DNA of 64,000 bases. It comes from a virus. Shown piece by piece: positions 9,149-19,598 of the stretch. Where the stretch lies: positions 89,214 to 153,213 of IMG/VR virus record IMGVR_UViG_3300045125_000140, one strand, 5' to 3'. The position numbers were made by a program, and so were the translations under genes. Positions within the stretch are counted from its first letter, which is position 1. Each line of letters starts with the position of its first letter. A model generated the notes under the pieces. It searched no databases and had not been told where the DNA came from. It saw only the letters and a program-made list of their open reading frames with translations.

Positions 9149-9182
9149 AAACAAAGCAGGGAGACATCTCTGCTTTGTTTTT
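9149..9182 (+). terminator. intrinsic (possibly bidirectional) terminator
   Basis: AAACAAAGCAG...CTGCTTTGTTT inverted repeat with a T-tail. Confidence 0.75.
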
Positions 9183-9193
9183 ACTACTAAATT

Positions 9194-9292
9194 ATGACTT
9201 ACTTAATTATTGTTACCATTATCCTTTCACTCATCTTTTGGTACAAGCTTTCGACTCTGTCGGAACAAGAAGACAACAACCCATTGAAGTGA
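9194..9292 (+). CDS. very small membrane peptide (32 aa)
   Basis: MTYLIIVTIILSLIFWYKLSTLSEQEDNNPLK; stop abuts the primase start. Confidence 0.4.
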   Translation: MTYLIIVTIILSLIFWYKLSTLSEQEDNNPLK

Positions 9293-9293
9293 T

Positions 9294-10315
9294 GTGCAAG
9301 AAGCGCAGCTAACCCAATTTCTTATGGAGATTGGGTTGTGGCCGCTAAAACGAAGCGGCACAAACAATTACAGCACGGCCTGCTTTTTTCCCGAAAAACA
9401 TAAGGGAGGCGTTGACCGGCGACCGTCGGCTACCATCTCCTTTAATCAGGGTGAATCGTGGTTCCGTTGCTACGGCTGCGGGACACGAAAACCTATAATC
9501 TCAACAATTCGAGAGGCCGCCGTTAGGGATCTTTCGAAAAGAGATTGGCTAGAAGCCGTCGAGAAGTTCAGGACGGTCGAGGATTCGGACGCGCTTATCA
9601 TGTCCGTTCGTAAGATGCAGATTGCCGAACCGGAGGCGATAGACTGCACGGATGGCCTTAAACTTATGCTTACCCGGTGCAAGGTTTACCCCAAAAGCGT
9701 CGTCGAGTTTCTCGAGTCTAAAAACGTCTCGGTAGAGACGGCCAAGAAATTTTTGTAGCCTTCGCACCCCAGGGATACGTAGATAGATTTGTGGCCCGAG
9801 GATCGGATGGGAAACCTAAGCCGGTCTTATCCGACTCTATTTTTATTCCGACCCTGATTAAAAACAGGGACGGAAAAACTATCTGCGTCGGCGGTCAGGC
9901 TAGACCTCTTGACAAGGGTCTAGGGTCGAAGTACTTTACGATGTATCCGCACAGCATCGGCAGATTTCTGTACGCGCAGCATTTAGCGGATACCACAAGA
10001 AATAAGGCTGCTCTCCTGGTGGAGGGCGCTTTCGACGTAATGCATCTGTGGCAGGAGGGCTATCGAGCTTATGGGCTCTTCGGCCTCAACGCCAGCCACC
10101 ACAGGTGCGTGAAGTTAAAAAAGATGGGCATCTCCGAAGCCGTAGTTTTTCTGGATCCGGATCAATCCGGAATCAGCGCTACGGAAAAGGCGGTGCAGGC
10201 GCTGCGGGATGAAAACATCAACGCGACGTCCATCTCATATAACAAGCAACCAAAAGAATGTACGGCCGAAGAGCTTAATGCGTTAGCGCCGCAAACGCGG
10301 CAGGAGTATCTATGA
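9294..10315 (+). CDS. dnaG: DnaG-type primase (zinc-binding + TOPRIM), split by a 1-nt deletion
   Basis: CFFPEKH...CYGCG zinc finger; LLVEGAFDV and FLDPD TOPRIM motifs; one extra T at 9750-9754 joins the two ORFs (KFFVAFAPQG). Confidence 0.85.
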
Positions 10316-11298
10316 GTCTTAATAATTTCGGTGCGCCAAACTTTAGCAACCTCTCGCCAGCCATGCGCAAAATGATGGCGTCGTCTACGGCGGCGGCTGC
10401 CCGGATCTCTAACTCAGATCCGTGGTCGGCACGTCGCGCACACCGTGGACCGCACTACCCGTTCAGCGCACAGCGCGGCAAAACTACGAATATCCTGTTC
10501 CTGTCCGAGCCGGTGTCCATCAAGGCGCACCAGTACGTGACCGGGTACAAGATCGGCAAGGGCGCGTCCTTTGCCGAAAAGGAGCTCGGTGCTCTCATCA
10601 TGGATGCGGACGGCAACGTCAATCCTAACGAGCCGGCATGCGTGGCTCTCGGAAACCCGATCGACTATTCCGTGTTCGTCATCTCAGAGCTGGTGTCCTA
10701 CACCAACTCTCGTGGCGAGCAGTTCCAAAATCCGGTCCGTCTTCTTATCGTAAAGGACGGTTCGGACCAGAGCCTACAGCTCATCGCGCAGGCGGCTCGC
10801 AAGGAGGCCGGCGGTTCTCTGCTTAACTGCGTCATCGAGGTAACTCGCGGCACAGGTCAGCAGACTCCGTCGATCGGCTCCTCCTTCTCGCTCGTCGGCA
10901 AGATGTCTCGCGAAGAGCTCCTCGCTGATCCTACTTGGGTCAAGATGAACGAGACGCTCGGAAAGATTAACATCGCCGAGTATTTCCGTCCGTTCAGCCG
11001 CGATGAGCAGATCGAGAGCCTTAAGCGGTATCAAGCCGTTGCGGATAAGTACGGCATCCGCTACGACGCCGCGGCTTTTGGAATCGCGCTGGCTGGCGGA
11101 CCTATCTCCGTCAGCTCGTCCGCTGTTCCAAGCAAGGCCGCTTCATCTCTAAGTGCATTTGCTAAGATGGGCGACGCGGTCGAGGACGAGGAGGAGGTAG
11201 CCCCGGCTCCAAAGCCCTCTCCGAAGCAGGCGCCCAAAGCCGTAGAAAAACCGCAAGTTCAGGAAGTACTCGATGACCTTGACGATATCTGGAAGTGA
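10312..11298 (+). CDS. single-stranded DNA-binding protein (T4 gp32-like)
   Basis: Position between primase and polymerase; EVTRGTG motif; low-complexity linker; acidic-aromatic C-terminus VLDDLDDIWK. Confidence 0.65.
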   Translation: MSLNNFGAPNFSNLSPAMRKMMASSTAAAARISNSDPWSARRAHRGPHYPFSAQRGKTTNILFLSEPVSIKAHQYVTGYKIGKGASFAEKELGALIMDADGNVNPNEPACVALGNPIDYSVFVISELVSYTNSRGEQFQNPVRLLIVKDGSDQSLQLIAQAARKEAGGSLLNCVIEVTRGTGQQTPSIGSSFSLVGKMSREELLADPTWVKMNETLGKINIAEYFRPFSRDEQIESLKRYQAVADKYGIRYDAAAFGIALAGGPISVSSSAVPSKAASSLSAFAKMGDAVEDEEEVAPAPKPSPKQAPKAVEKPQVQEVLDDLDDIWK

Positions 11299-13752
11299 TC
11301 TCGATCTCCTTAAAAGGAGATTAGCAAAACTTCGCAGCTTGCGTTCGACCTCGAGTGCCGGCCCCCGGAAGGGGGTCGGCCGTCGGACGCGCTCGATACT
11401 AAGATAACGATTCCCTTCTTGCTGGTTATTGCGTCTGGAAAGCTTTCCAAAGCTCTCGACATAACTCAGCAAGAGGTCCGCGATTTTATTCGGGATATGC
11501 TCTATGACCCGAATATGGAAGTTATCTGCCATAACGCGATGTACGATATTACCGTATTGCACTATCGCGGAATAATAGATGCAAATAAAATAACGTGCAA
11601 ACTTCGCGATACGATGGTTTGCCAGTTCCTGCTCGACGAAGAAGAGTCTAAGCACCTAAAAGAAATGGTTTTGCGGCACCTCCACCACCGGATGGTTACT
11701 TACGAGGAGGCCACAAAGTCGAACGACTCCGCCGTCGAAAAGATTGCCATTCAATCGGCCATCGATAACGTGACGGAAATTCATAACAATTTTCACAAGC
11801 GTCGCCCTTGGCCAGGATACGACAGCACAAATCTCGTAACGCCGGCAAACTTTAAACTTCGCATTAAACAGGCTGTAGACACTAAGTGGCCTTCCGAGGT
11901 CAACGGCGAAAAGGTCAAGTACGACGCTGCGGCTCGCCAGGAAAAGAAAGATTTCCAAACAAAGAATCTAGCTAGACTGGAGCTGCTGTTCGGTCAGGAC
12001 GCTAAAGACGACTACTGGCGTTGGGCAGAAACCACTATCATCAATCCGGGCCGCGCACGGATTGCAGAGCTTGATGTCAAGCTCGACGAGATTATGAAGT
12101 CTTATTCTGAAGACGACGCGCGTCAAACGCTTCGGCTTTGGAATAGGCTTGCAAAAAGAATCGAAAAGCTTGGCCTGACGCAATGGTTGCGGCTTGAGTG
12201 CGAAGTTCGCCGCATAACGGTTGCCATGTCCGTTACCGGTATCCCTACAAATACCGACGTCTACAAGGAGCTGGACAAGATCGCCAAACCTCTCATGGAG
12301 GAGATGTGGGGCGAATTGCAGAACACGGTCAAACAGCTCAACGACGACGGCGAGCCGTTTAATCCGAGATCTCCTAAGCAACTTATTCAGGCCGTGTTCG
12401 GCCTTCTTCGCTGCGATGTTCCCGTATACAAAAAATTGCCCAACGGTCAGCTGCTTCCAAAGCTTACGTCCGAGGGCGAGAAATACGTGCAACGAAACGG
12501 GATAGTCCTGGATCTGCGTAACCCGGCCACGCTCACGGAAGATATTCGAACCAAGTACCTCGCGTGCGATAACGAGGTTCTCGAGCGCATCAGCCATCCA
12601 ATCGGTATGATGATTCTGAATTATCGAACCGTAGATAAGCTTCACTCCACTTATGTGGTTGAGGGCTTAAAGGGTCCGGCAAACGGAAGAATCAAGGGAT
12701 TGTTTGATTCGATCGGCACGGCAACCGGCCGGCTATCTTCCAAAGAACCAAATCTTCAAAATATCCCGTCTCGTAAAAAAGGCGATAACTACGATAAGCG
12801 AGTTCAGTATCTCGGACCGCGACTTCGCGAAGCTATTGCTGCAGAGCCGGGCAAGTCTTTGATCGTTGTTGACCAGTCGCAGATCGAGCTTAGAATTATT
12901 GCCGACTACTGCCAGGAACGGAACATGATTGCCGCGTACACCGAGGGTGTTGAAGTTGGCGGGATCAAGTTCTATACCGGCGACATTCACGCAAAAACTT
13001 CTAAGCAATTAAGCATCGATCGAAAGCTGGCGAAGAACATCAACTTCGGATTCAATTACGGTATGGGTCCGGAGAAGTTTGCTCGGCAAATGCGCCTGTT
13101 CGACAAGCAGGGCACCTACGACGTCGTTCGGGCAACCGACTGGCGTAATGGGTTCTTCCGCACTTATCCGGGAATCTTGGCGTATATCGATACGTTAAAG
13201 AATCACTGGGACGAGGGTACTCGAGAGTTTTCGATGCGTTCGGGCCGGCACCGGCACTTCCCCGAGCAGTTCACCACCGGCGGTAAGATTTTGAACGCCA
13301 AGGTTCAGGGCTCGTCAGCGGACATTATGAAGATCAATATGTTTATGATCGACAAATATGTTCGACCGATTTGCCCATCCTTGGAGCTTATCTTCCAGGT
13401 ACACGACGAACTCGGGTTCCAGTGCAATAGCGGCATCGAGTCAAAGAAGGCGGCGGTACTTATCAAGTACATTATGGAACGCGAATGGTTCCCCATGGCC
13501 GTTCCGATCCTATCTTCGGCTAAGGTCTGCCAGTCCTGGGCAGCAAAGGACGACGACAACATCCCAGAAGTCGGCGTCTTTTACGCACGGGTCGAAGGCG
13601 TAGACATGCTGTTTACCGAGAAGAATTGGTCAGAGTATCTGGCCTACGAAAAACAAAAGAAGGTCGAAGTTAAATGCGCGGTAGCTATGTTGTCTCCGCA
13701 ACACCTCGACTTCTGCAAGAAACACATACCAGAAAGACTTCCCGAATTATGA
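11273..13752 (+). CDS. polA: family A DNA polymerase with 3'-5' exonuclease (start reconstructed across a 1-nt deletion)
   Basis: ExoI AFDLEC (11341), ExoII HNAMYD, ExoIII YSEDDA; motif A DQSQIELR, motif B KNINFGFNYG (Phe at the E. coli 762 position), motif C VHDEL. ATG 11273 plus one A at 11312-11315 gives MTLTISGSDLDLLKKEISKTSQLAFDLEC. Confidence 0.95.
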
Positions 13753-14210
13753 GCAAGCAGGAAACGCCTCCGTGGCAAATAAACATTAGCGATAAAAAGA
13801 ACATGGAACTTGCGCTGTTCAAGATGTTCTTCGCTTCGGCGCTCGATCAGGGTCATGCGATCTCCGATGAGCGTCACGGCATCTCGTACAAAGACGGCGA
13901 ATTTTTTATTTTCGATAAAGCGTCTCAGGAGGTTACGGTTCCTCCGACGTCGTTATTAATGCTCGCTGGTAAGCGTTCTATTCCGGAGTGCCTTGCCGAG
14001 TGGTGGCTTACCGTAAAGTTCAACTCGATCTCAAATGTCGTGTTTCACAAAAGCTACGACCTAACTAGCACCGGAATTACATGGAGCTGGTTTAAAAATC
14101 AAACGCTTGCTCCGATGGTGATCTGCACAAGCGGATCCATGAAGAGGTTTATCGAACGGCAGGAGCATAAGGTTGCTGACTCAAGGAACGATGACTCGAT
14201 CGAAATTTAA
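13749..14210 (+). CDS. hypothetical protein
   Basis: ATGA overlap with the polA stop; 153 aa. Confidence 0.65.
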   Translation: MSKQETPPWQINISDKKNMELALFKMFFASALDQGHAISDERHGISYKDGEFFIFDKASQEVTVPPTSLLMLAGKRSIPECLAEWWLTVKFNSISNVVFHKSYDLTSTGITWSWFKNQTLAPMVICTSGSMKRFIERQEHKVADSRNDDSIEI

Positions 14211-16047
14211 CTTTACCGAGAGCCAGCAAAAGATCGTAGATCATTTCCAGGGGAATGCCGTGGTCTTAGCCGTCGCTGGAGCCGGCAAGACTACGGTCAT
14301 GACCCATCGCGCTGCTAATCTTGTAAATTACGGGATACCGCAGCCGCGAATCTTAATGGTCACGTTCACCAACAAAGCCGCTGAAGCTATGAAAAATAAG
14401 CTGGTCAGCCTCGGCTGTCCGGCTATTGAGGTGCGAACGCTTCACGCGTTCTGCTACCAGCTTCTGCGAGAATTCAGGCCGGCGTATCGAAACGGTGCGA
14501 ACCTACTTACCGAGAAGGAAGATTGGCGCCGATCCGGCTGGGCTAAAGACGCGGCAAAAAGAGCCAAGCTCACCTCGCTAAAAGCCCACGAGGCGCTGGC
14601 TCTAATAGAGTCGTGTAAAACCGCAGGTCTGCACCCGACGTTAGTAGATCGCTGCCCAGCTATACAAAACACGCTAAACGACAAAGCGGTTAATTTGTAC
14701 AGGGTGTGGACGGGCGACCGTCTGCAGGGAGATCGTTTCGACTATAACGACTTAGTTCTTGAAGCGATGCACCTACTACGTACGGATAAAACGGCTCGGG
14801 ACACCGTCCGCGCTCGGCTGAGCTACGTCATGGTAGACGAGTATCAGGACACGGATCCCTCCCAGGAAATGATGCTTGAGTATTTGTGCGGGTGCAAGAA
14901 CTCGACGCTAAAGGACAGTCCTGCCGGTGGTCCGTCGCTTATGGTTATCGGAGACGATGACCAGAGCATCTACGGATTTAGACATGCTAAGCCGGATCTT
15001 ATCCTAAACTTTCCGGACAAGTGGGGCGCCGAGACCTACTTCATGGAGGAGAATTTCAGATCGGGCTCCGCGATCCTTAACGCGGCTAACTCTCTAATTA
15101 AAGAAAATACAGTTAGATACGACAAGAAACTCCTTCCAACAAAATCATCAGAAGGATCTGTCGAGATAATGCAGACGCCGGCCGAGGGCGACTACGTAGC
15201 TAAACGCATAAAGATAATGGAAAAGACCGGTGTGGAGCTACCCGAGATAGCAATTCTTTTCCGAACAAATGCACAGTCTTGCGCAATCGAGTCGGCTCTT
15301 ACCGAAGAAGGGGTTCCGTACATCTGCGACGGAAGCCAGCGAGAGGGCTTCTACGGAATAACCGAAGTCAAAACAATCTTGTCGTACCTTCGAGTAATTT
15401 ACGACGAAGAAGATCTTAACGCATTTCAATTCGCACTTAATCGACCAAACAGATTTATCAAGAAAGAATACATAGCGGACTGCTCGTCCGGATGCTCAAC
15501 TGTCTACGAATTAATAGACAAAATCTCGTTCAAACATTCTGGTGTGTCCGGCAGGTTAACACAGCTCAAAAATATACTTACTAGCCAACCAGTTAAGACT
15601 CTAACTAAGCCGGTTAAATTAATCGACTTTCTTATCCAAGCGCTTGGAATAAAAGAGTGGATAAATACAGTCGCAGAAGATTCGACGAGAACGGTTGACG
15701 AAATGCGAGATTGCGTCGATCAGATGCGCAGAGACGCGGCCAGAAAAGGCACGCTTAAACAATACCTGGATCACGTCGATCGAGTTATCGAGAACGCAAA
15801 GAAACCAAAATCTAAAAACGCCGTCAAGCTGTTGACTTTGCACAGAGCAAAAGGACTAGAGTTTGATGTGGTGTTCTTTACCGGTTTCAGCAATAAATAT
15901 GTCCCACATCCAAAAGGCGACGAGCCGGAAGAGCGTCGTCTAGCGTTTGTTGGATTAACTCGCGCAAAGAAGCAACTCATCCTTACTGCTAAAGAAGACC
16001 TGTCAATTTTTTCAACGTACGTTAAACCCCCAGAGGAGGTTAAGTGA
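14191..16047 (+). CDS. uvrD: UvrD/Rep/PcrA-family SF1 helicase
   Basis: AVAGAGKT, VDEYQD, GDDDQSIYGFR, NFRS, TLHRAKGLEF, EERRLAFVGLTRAK. Confidence 0.95.
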   Translation: MTRSKFNFTESQQKIVDHFQGNAVVLAVAGAGKTTVMTHRAANLVNYGIPQPRILMVTFTNKAAEAMKNKLVSLGCPAIEVRTLHAFCYQLLREFRPAYRNGANLLTEKEDWRRSGWAKDAAKRAKLTSLKAHEALALIESCKTAGLHPTLVDRCPAIQNTLNDKAVNLYRVWTGDRLQGDRFDYNDLVLEAMHLLRTDKTARDTVRARLSYVMVDEYQDTDPSQEMMLEYLCGCKNSTLKDSPAGGPSLMVIGDDDQSIYGFRHAKPDLILNFPDKWGAETYFMEENFRSGSAILNAANSLIKENTVRYDKKLLPTKSSEGSVEIMQTPAEGDYVAKRIKIMEKTGVELPEIAILFRTNAQSCAIESALTEEGVPYICDGSQREGFYGITEVKTILSYLRVIYDEEDLNAFQFALNRPNRFIKKEYIADCSSGCSTVYELIDKISFKHSGVSGRLTQLKNILTSQPVKTLTKPVKLIDFLIQALGIKEWINTVAEDSTRTVDEMRDCVDQMRRDAARKGTLKQYLDHVDRVIENAKKPKSKNAVKLLTLHRAKGLEFDVVFFTGFSNKYVPHPKGDEPEERRLAFVGLTRAKKQLILTAKEDLSIFSTYVKPPEEVK

Positions 16048-17573
16048 TAACACTGCGTGGCGGGGTGCTCGTATCTCATGACGAGACTAGCACCATCGAG
16101 CAGATTCGAAAATATCAGGTTGCCGATCCAGGCAACATCATCGGCGCGAGGAACGCGCAAAAGTTTAGCGTGTACGCGGAGACGCAGGACGGCCTGCTCA
16201 TACCCAGGTATTGCCCGGTCGTCCGGGGACTGGTTCCTAGAAAAGACGAGTTTGTTCACACCGAGTTGGCGGTGATCAATCCGCCCGACTCGATGGTTTC
16301 GTGGGCCGAGAGTCGTCCCTTGCGGAGCGCGCAACTTCCCGGGGCCGCAAACGCTGAAACGACTCTTATACAAAAACGCGGCTGTATTATCCGCGGGGAC
16401 ACAGGTAGCGGAAAAACCGTGGTCGGTTTGAACATGGTCTACCGGCTTCAGCCCGAAAAGGTCCTGATTCTGGTCGATCAGCTCGACATCGCAAAGCAGT
16501 GGGCCGTACGTATTCGAGAGTTTCTTCCTAACGCGAACCTCGAATACATCATGCCCAAGGCGGAGGCGAAGGAGATCGAGGCGGCCGTTCCCCCAGCTAC
16601 TCCGGGCGGCAAGACGGTAATCACGATCGCTACCGCGCAAAGCTTGCACCGTTCGACGGAGTTGACGCACGACAACCCGTTTAAGTGCGAGCTGCTCATC
16701 TGCGACGAGGTTCACGTGTTTGCGGCACCGACGTTCATGTCCGCAATCTTCAAGGTAAACTTCGGCAGGTCGATCGGCCTGACCGCTACGGCCGACCGCA
16801 AGGACGGCCTTCAATGGATCTTCCAGCAGTGCTTGGGCTGGACCATGGTGGAGTTTGCCGGAGAGGTGATGGACCCGATCGTATATAAACTCACGGCCCC
16901 GTCGGGTAACGTCGACACCGAAGATTGGAAGATGGCTTGGTGTCGATACAAGCGGGGCATGACGTGGCACAACAAGTGCAAAAGCTGCGACTTCTACAAG
17001 TTGTATCCGAACGAGTGCGGCGGCAATCTTCCGATGGCGGCACCTAACAGACCTGCTTGGGATCGACTTAACCGAGCGGGCTTGGTAGCCGCGTGGGTTC
17101 AGACTCCGGAATACCTAGAGTGGTTGAAGGCGCTGGTTGACCAGACCATGAGCAAAGGAAGAAACATCTTCTTCTTCGGCGACTCTCGGGTCTTCTTGAT
17201 CACCATGGCCGAGTGGGCCATCGAAAAATACGGTAAAGAAAAAGTAGGAATCTATCTCGGAAAAGCTGGAAATAGTTCCGAGCCGGACTGGGTTGAGGAA
17301 GATCGAGATTCGGCCTTGACGAAGCCGCTAACCTTTTGTACATATGGGGTGGCTCGAAAAGCTATCGACGTAAAAGAAAAGGACACGGCGATCTTTGCAA
17401 CCCCGATCTCCGATGCCCGTCAAGCCGCAGGCCGCGTTAGGCGGACGGCCGCAAACAAAAAACAACCGATCGTAATCGTCCCAGTTCCTGAAACCATTTA
17501 CCCCTTTAGGGCGTCATGGCGAAAAATCGAAAAGCAGTTCAGGGAAACGGGTTGGACAATAAAGTACGCCTAG
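16044..17573 (+). CDS. SF2 DExH helicase (UvsW/XPB-like)
   Basis: GDTGSGKT, CDEVH, GLTAT, QAAGRVRR. Confidence 0.85.
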   Translation: MITLRGGVLVSHDETSTIEQIRKYQVADPGNIIGARNAQKFSVYAETQDGLLIPRYCPVVRGLVPRKDEFVHTELAVINPPDSMVSWAESRPLRSAQLPGAANAETTLIQKRGCIIRGDTGSGKTVVGLNMVYRLQPEKVLILVDQLDIAKQWAVRIREFLPNANLEYIMPKAEAKEIEAAVPPATPGGKTVITIATAQSLHRSTELTHDNPFKCELLICDEVHVFAAPTFMSAIFKVNFGRSIGLTATADRKDGLQWIFQQCLGWTMVEFAGEVMDPIVYKLTAPSGNVDTEDWKMAWCRYKRGMTWHNKCKSCDFYKLYPNECGGNLPMAAPNRPAWDRLNRAGLVAAWVQTPEYLEWLKALVDQTMSKGRNIFFFGDSRVFLITMAEWAIEKYGKEKVGIYLGKAGNSSEPDWVEEDRDSALTKPLTFCTYGVARKAIDVKEKDTAIFATPISDARQAAGRVRRTAANKKQPIVIVPVPETIYPFRASWRKIEKQFRETGWTIKYA

Positions 17574-17605
17574 GGCTCGGAATCTCGCCCCTCGGAGGGG
17601 CAAGA

Positions 17606-18031
17606 ATGTTTCCGGTCCACGCCACCGTCACGGCGATCGCGAGCAAGAAGTTTCGAGGTCCCCGTGGGATGGTGGAGCTAACCAAACCCATTTATAGAAA
17701 AGTAGTCCAGGTAGGTAACCTGGACGTAGATAAGATGAGAGGATCAATGACTACCAAGAAACATCCCGACGAAGGCTTGTGCCTCGTTAACGTCGGAGTT
17801 AGCATGAAACTTCCTGGGGTTGTCCCCATGGACTACGGCATGGTCGAGGTGACCGTTGCCGTTACCTCTATATGCGAGGAGGACAAGTTCAATGACCGTT
17901 ATAAGCAATTGCTTGGCGTGGTTGGAACAGCTGTGCAAAACAGCTTGGACGAAATTGCAACAGCTTGTGGAGGGTCTCCTCCGTTTTCTGCAGCTGAAGT
18001 AAAGAGTGCCGAACAGAGAGCTGGAAACTAA
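17606..18031 (+). CDS. hypothetical protein
   Basis: GGAGG SD 7 nt before ATG 17606, in frame with track ORF 17516-18031. Confidence 0.6.
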   Translation: MFPVHATVTAIASKKFRGPRGMVELTKPIYRKVVQVGNLDVDKMRGSMTTKKHPDEGLCLVNVGVSMKLPGVVPMDYGMVEVTVAVTSICEEDKFNDRYKQLLGVVGTAVQNSLDEIATACGGSPPFSAAEVKSAEQRAGN

Positions 18032-18032
18032 T

Positions 18033-19598
18033 ATGGGCGAGTTCGACGAGACAGAGGTCGAGAAGCGCAAGAAAGAAATCCTTGACGGCAAGGATATCAA
18101 CATCAAGCGCATGTCTCGGCATTCAATGGCCGATGTGGTTGGTCAGTTTTCGGAAACCACCCGGCAAGAGATGACGCCGGCATCGGCTGCAAAAGCTTTC
18201 AGCCAGCCGCGGCTGTTCACATCGCTCGTCGATCTTGATCTGTTTTCCGGTGGAATCATCGGGACACGTACCGAGATTCTCGGCGAGCCGAATACCGGCA
18301 AGTCTTTGCTGGCCTACGCACTCGGCGGTGCGTGCCGTCGCACCTGCCGGCGTTGCTTCACTCCGATCGTCAAATGGATCGACGACTACTCGGTGCTGAA
18401 GCAGAATCCGAAGAAGTGGGAATCCGATCCCAACTCTCCGGACTTCGAATCAAAAACGACGTGCCTGTGCGGAGCGAACGATCCGATGACGGTATTGTTT
18501 ATCGATACCGAGGATCAGTTCGATCCGTACTGGGCCTCCATCTGGGGACTCGATGTCGGAAACTTTGACGACTACGATGCCGTCGACGCGGATAACGCGA
18601 GAAGCGGCGGCAGCGTATGGTCAGGAGTTAAGATCTCCCCGGACGCATCCGTCGTAGTGTGTCGACCGACTTCTTCTAGAACATTGGAGGACGTAATTCT
18701 TCCGATGGTAAAACAAGGCGCGGCCGACGTAGTCATCCTGGACTCGATTGCGTCGTTTGCGATTGAAGAGGATTTAGCGGGGCAAGAGCGTGTAGCTTCG
18801 AGAGCTCGCTTTATGCGTCGGTTCCTCACGCTTCTTCTGGCGGCTCAGATCTCCGCCAACAAGGAGCATGGGGCAAGACCCACGCTTATTGCGACCAACC
18901 ACTACATGCAGGGACCAGTGGCGAACCCCCGTATGAATCCAAACAAACCCACCGGCGGTAAAGCGGTTGGGTATACGATGGATCAGGTGATCGAGCTGTC
19001 GTCGTCCAAGACCAACGTGGCCTTGGGAGACGAAGGTTGGAAAGAAGGCGCCGTCACCCGCGACGTCACCTTTAAAATCACCAAAGCTCGTCAAGGAACG
19101 CGCACCAACCAGACGGGCACGTTCCGGGTTTACCTTGACGACCACAAGCTTAACGACAAGATCAGCTTTACCGCCGGCGATACCGACGATCCGGAAAAGC
19201 TGCTCGAATACGTCAAGTCTTGCGAAGATCCGGATGTGTGGCTTGTCGAACAGACCAAATCAGGCGCCGTAAAGGCGTACTGGCTTCTTGGTCGGCCGTT
19301 CAAAAAGGTCAAGGACATCGTCAAGTTCTTAGAGCGTGACGATATCCGATTTATGCTGCGGTTCATCTTGTTTGCGAGATACTTACCAGTCTCCGGCAAG
19401 ATGCACCTCAGAGCAACATACTTCGGCTACTCCCCATACACAGATGACCCGGCCATTAAAACCATCAAGAAGTACGACGACAAGCTCGGGGAAAATCTCC
19501 GACGTGCTCGGTCAGCTGTGGCCGGAGCACCACCAGCAAAGCCCACCGCCAAAGAAGACGAAGCCAAACAAGCACTCGACTTCCTTAGCGAGGGATAG
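18033..19598 (+). CDS. recA: RecA/UvsX-family recombinase with Cys-rich insertion
   Basis: GEPNTGKS Walker A, LFIDTE, VILDSIAS Walker B, PTGGKAVGY, VTFKITKAR. Confidence 0.85.
   Translation: MGEFDETEVEKRKKEILDGKDINIKRMSRHSMADVVGQFSETTRQEMTPASAAKAFSQPRLFTSLVDLDLFSGGIIGTRTEILGEPNTGKSLLAYALGGACRRTCRRCFTPIVKWIDDYSVLKQNPKKWESDPNSPDFESKTTCLCGANDPMTVLFIDTEDQFDPYWASIWGLDVGNFDDYDAVDADNARSGGSVWSGVKISPDASVVVCRPTSSRTLEDVILPMVKQGAADVVILDSIASFAIEEDLAGQERVASRARFMRRFLTLLLAAQISANKEHGARPTLIATNHYMQGPVANPRMNPNKPTGGKAVGYTMDQVIELSSSKTNVALGDEGWKEGAVTRDVTFKITKARQGTRTNQTGTFRVYLDDHKLNDKISFTAGDTDDPEKLLEYVKSCEDPDVWLVEQTKSGAVKAYWLLGRPFKKVKDIVKFLERDDIRFMLRFILFARYLPVSGKMHLRATYFGYSPYTDDPAIKTIKKYDDKLGENLRRARSAVAGAPPAKPTAKEDEAKQALDFLSEG

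Noticed and set aside
11356-11379. Strong GC hairpin (GCCGGCCCCC-GGAA-GGGGGTCGGC) as a frameshift stimulator for polA
   Set aside because: It lies about 40 nt downstream of the indel, far beyond the usual 5-9 nt, and inside ExoI coding sequence.
13020-13070. Unusual PolA motif B suggesting modified-base (e.g. dZ) replication
   Set aside because: The motif is canonical (KNINFG), and no nucleotide-modification genes are visible in this window.
15771-16970. 399-aa minus-strand ORF
   Set aside because: Antisense shadow of uvrD and the SF2 helicase, with no motifs or RBS.
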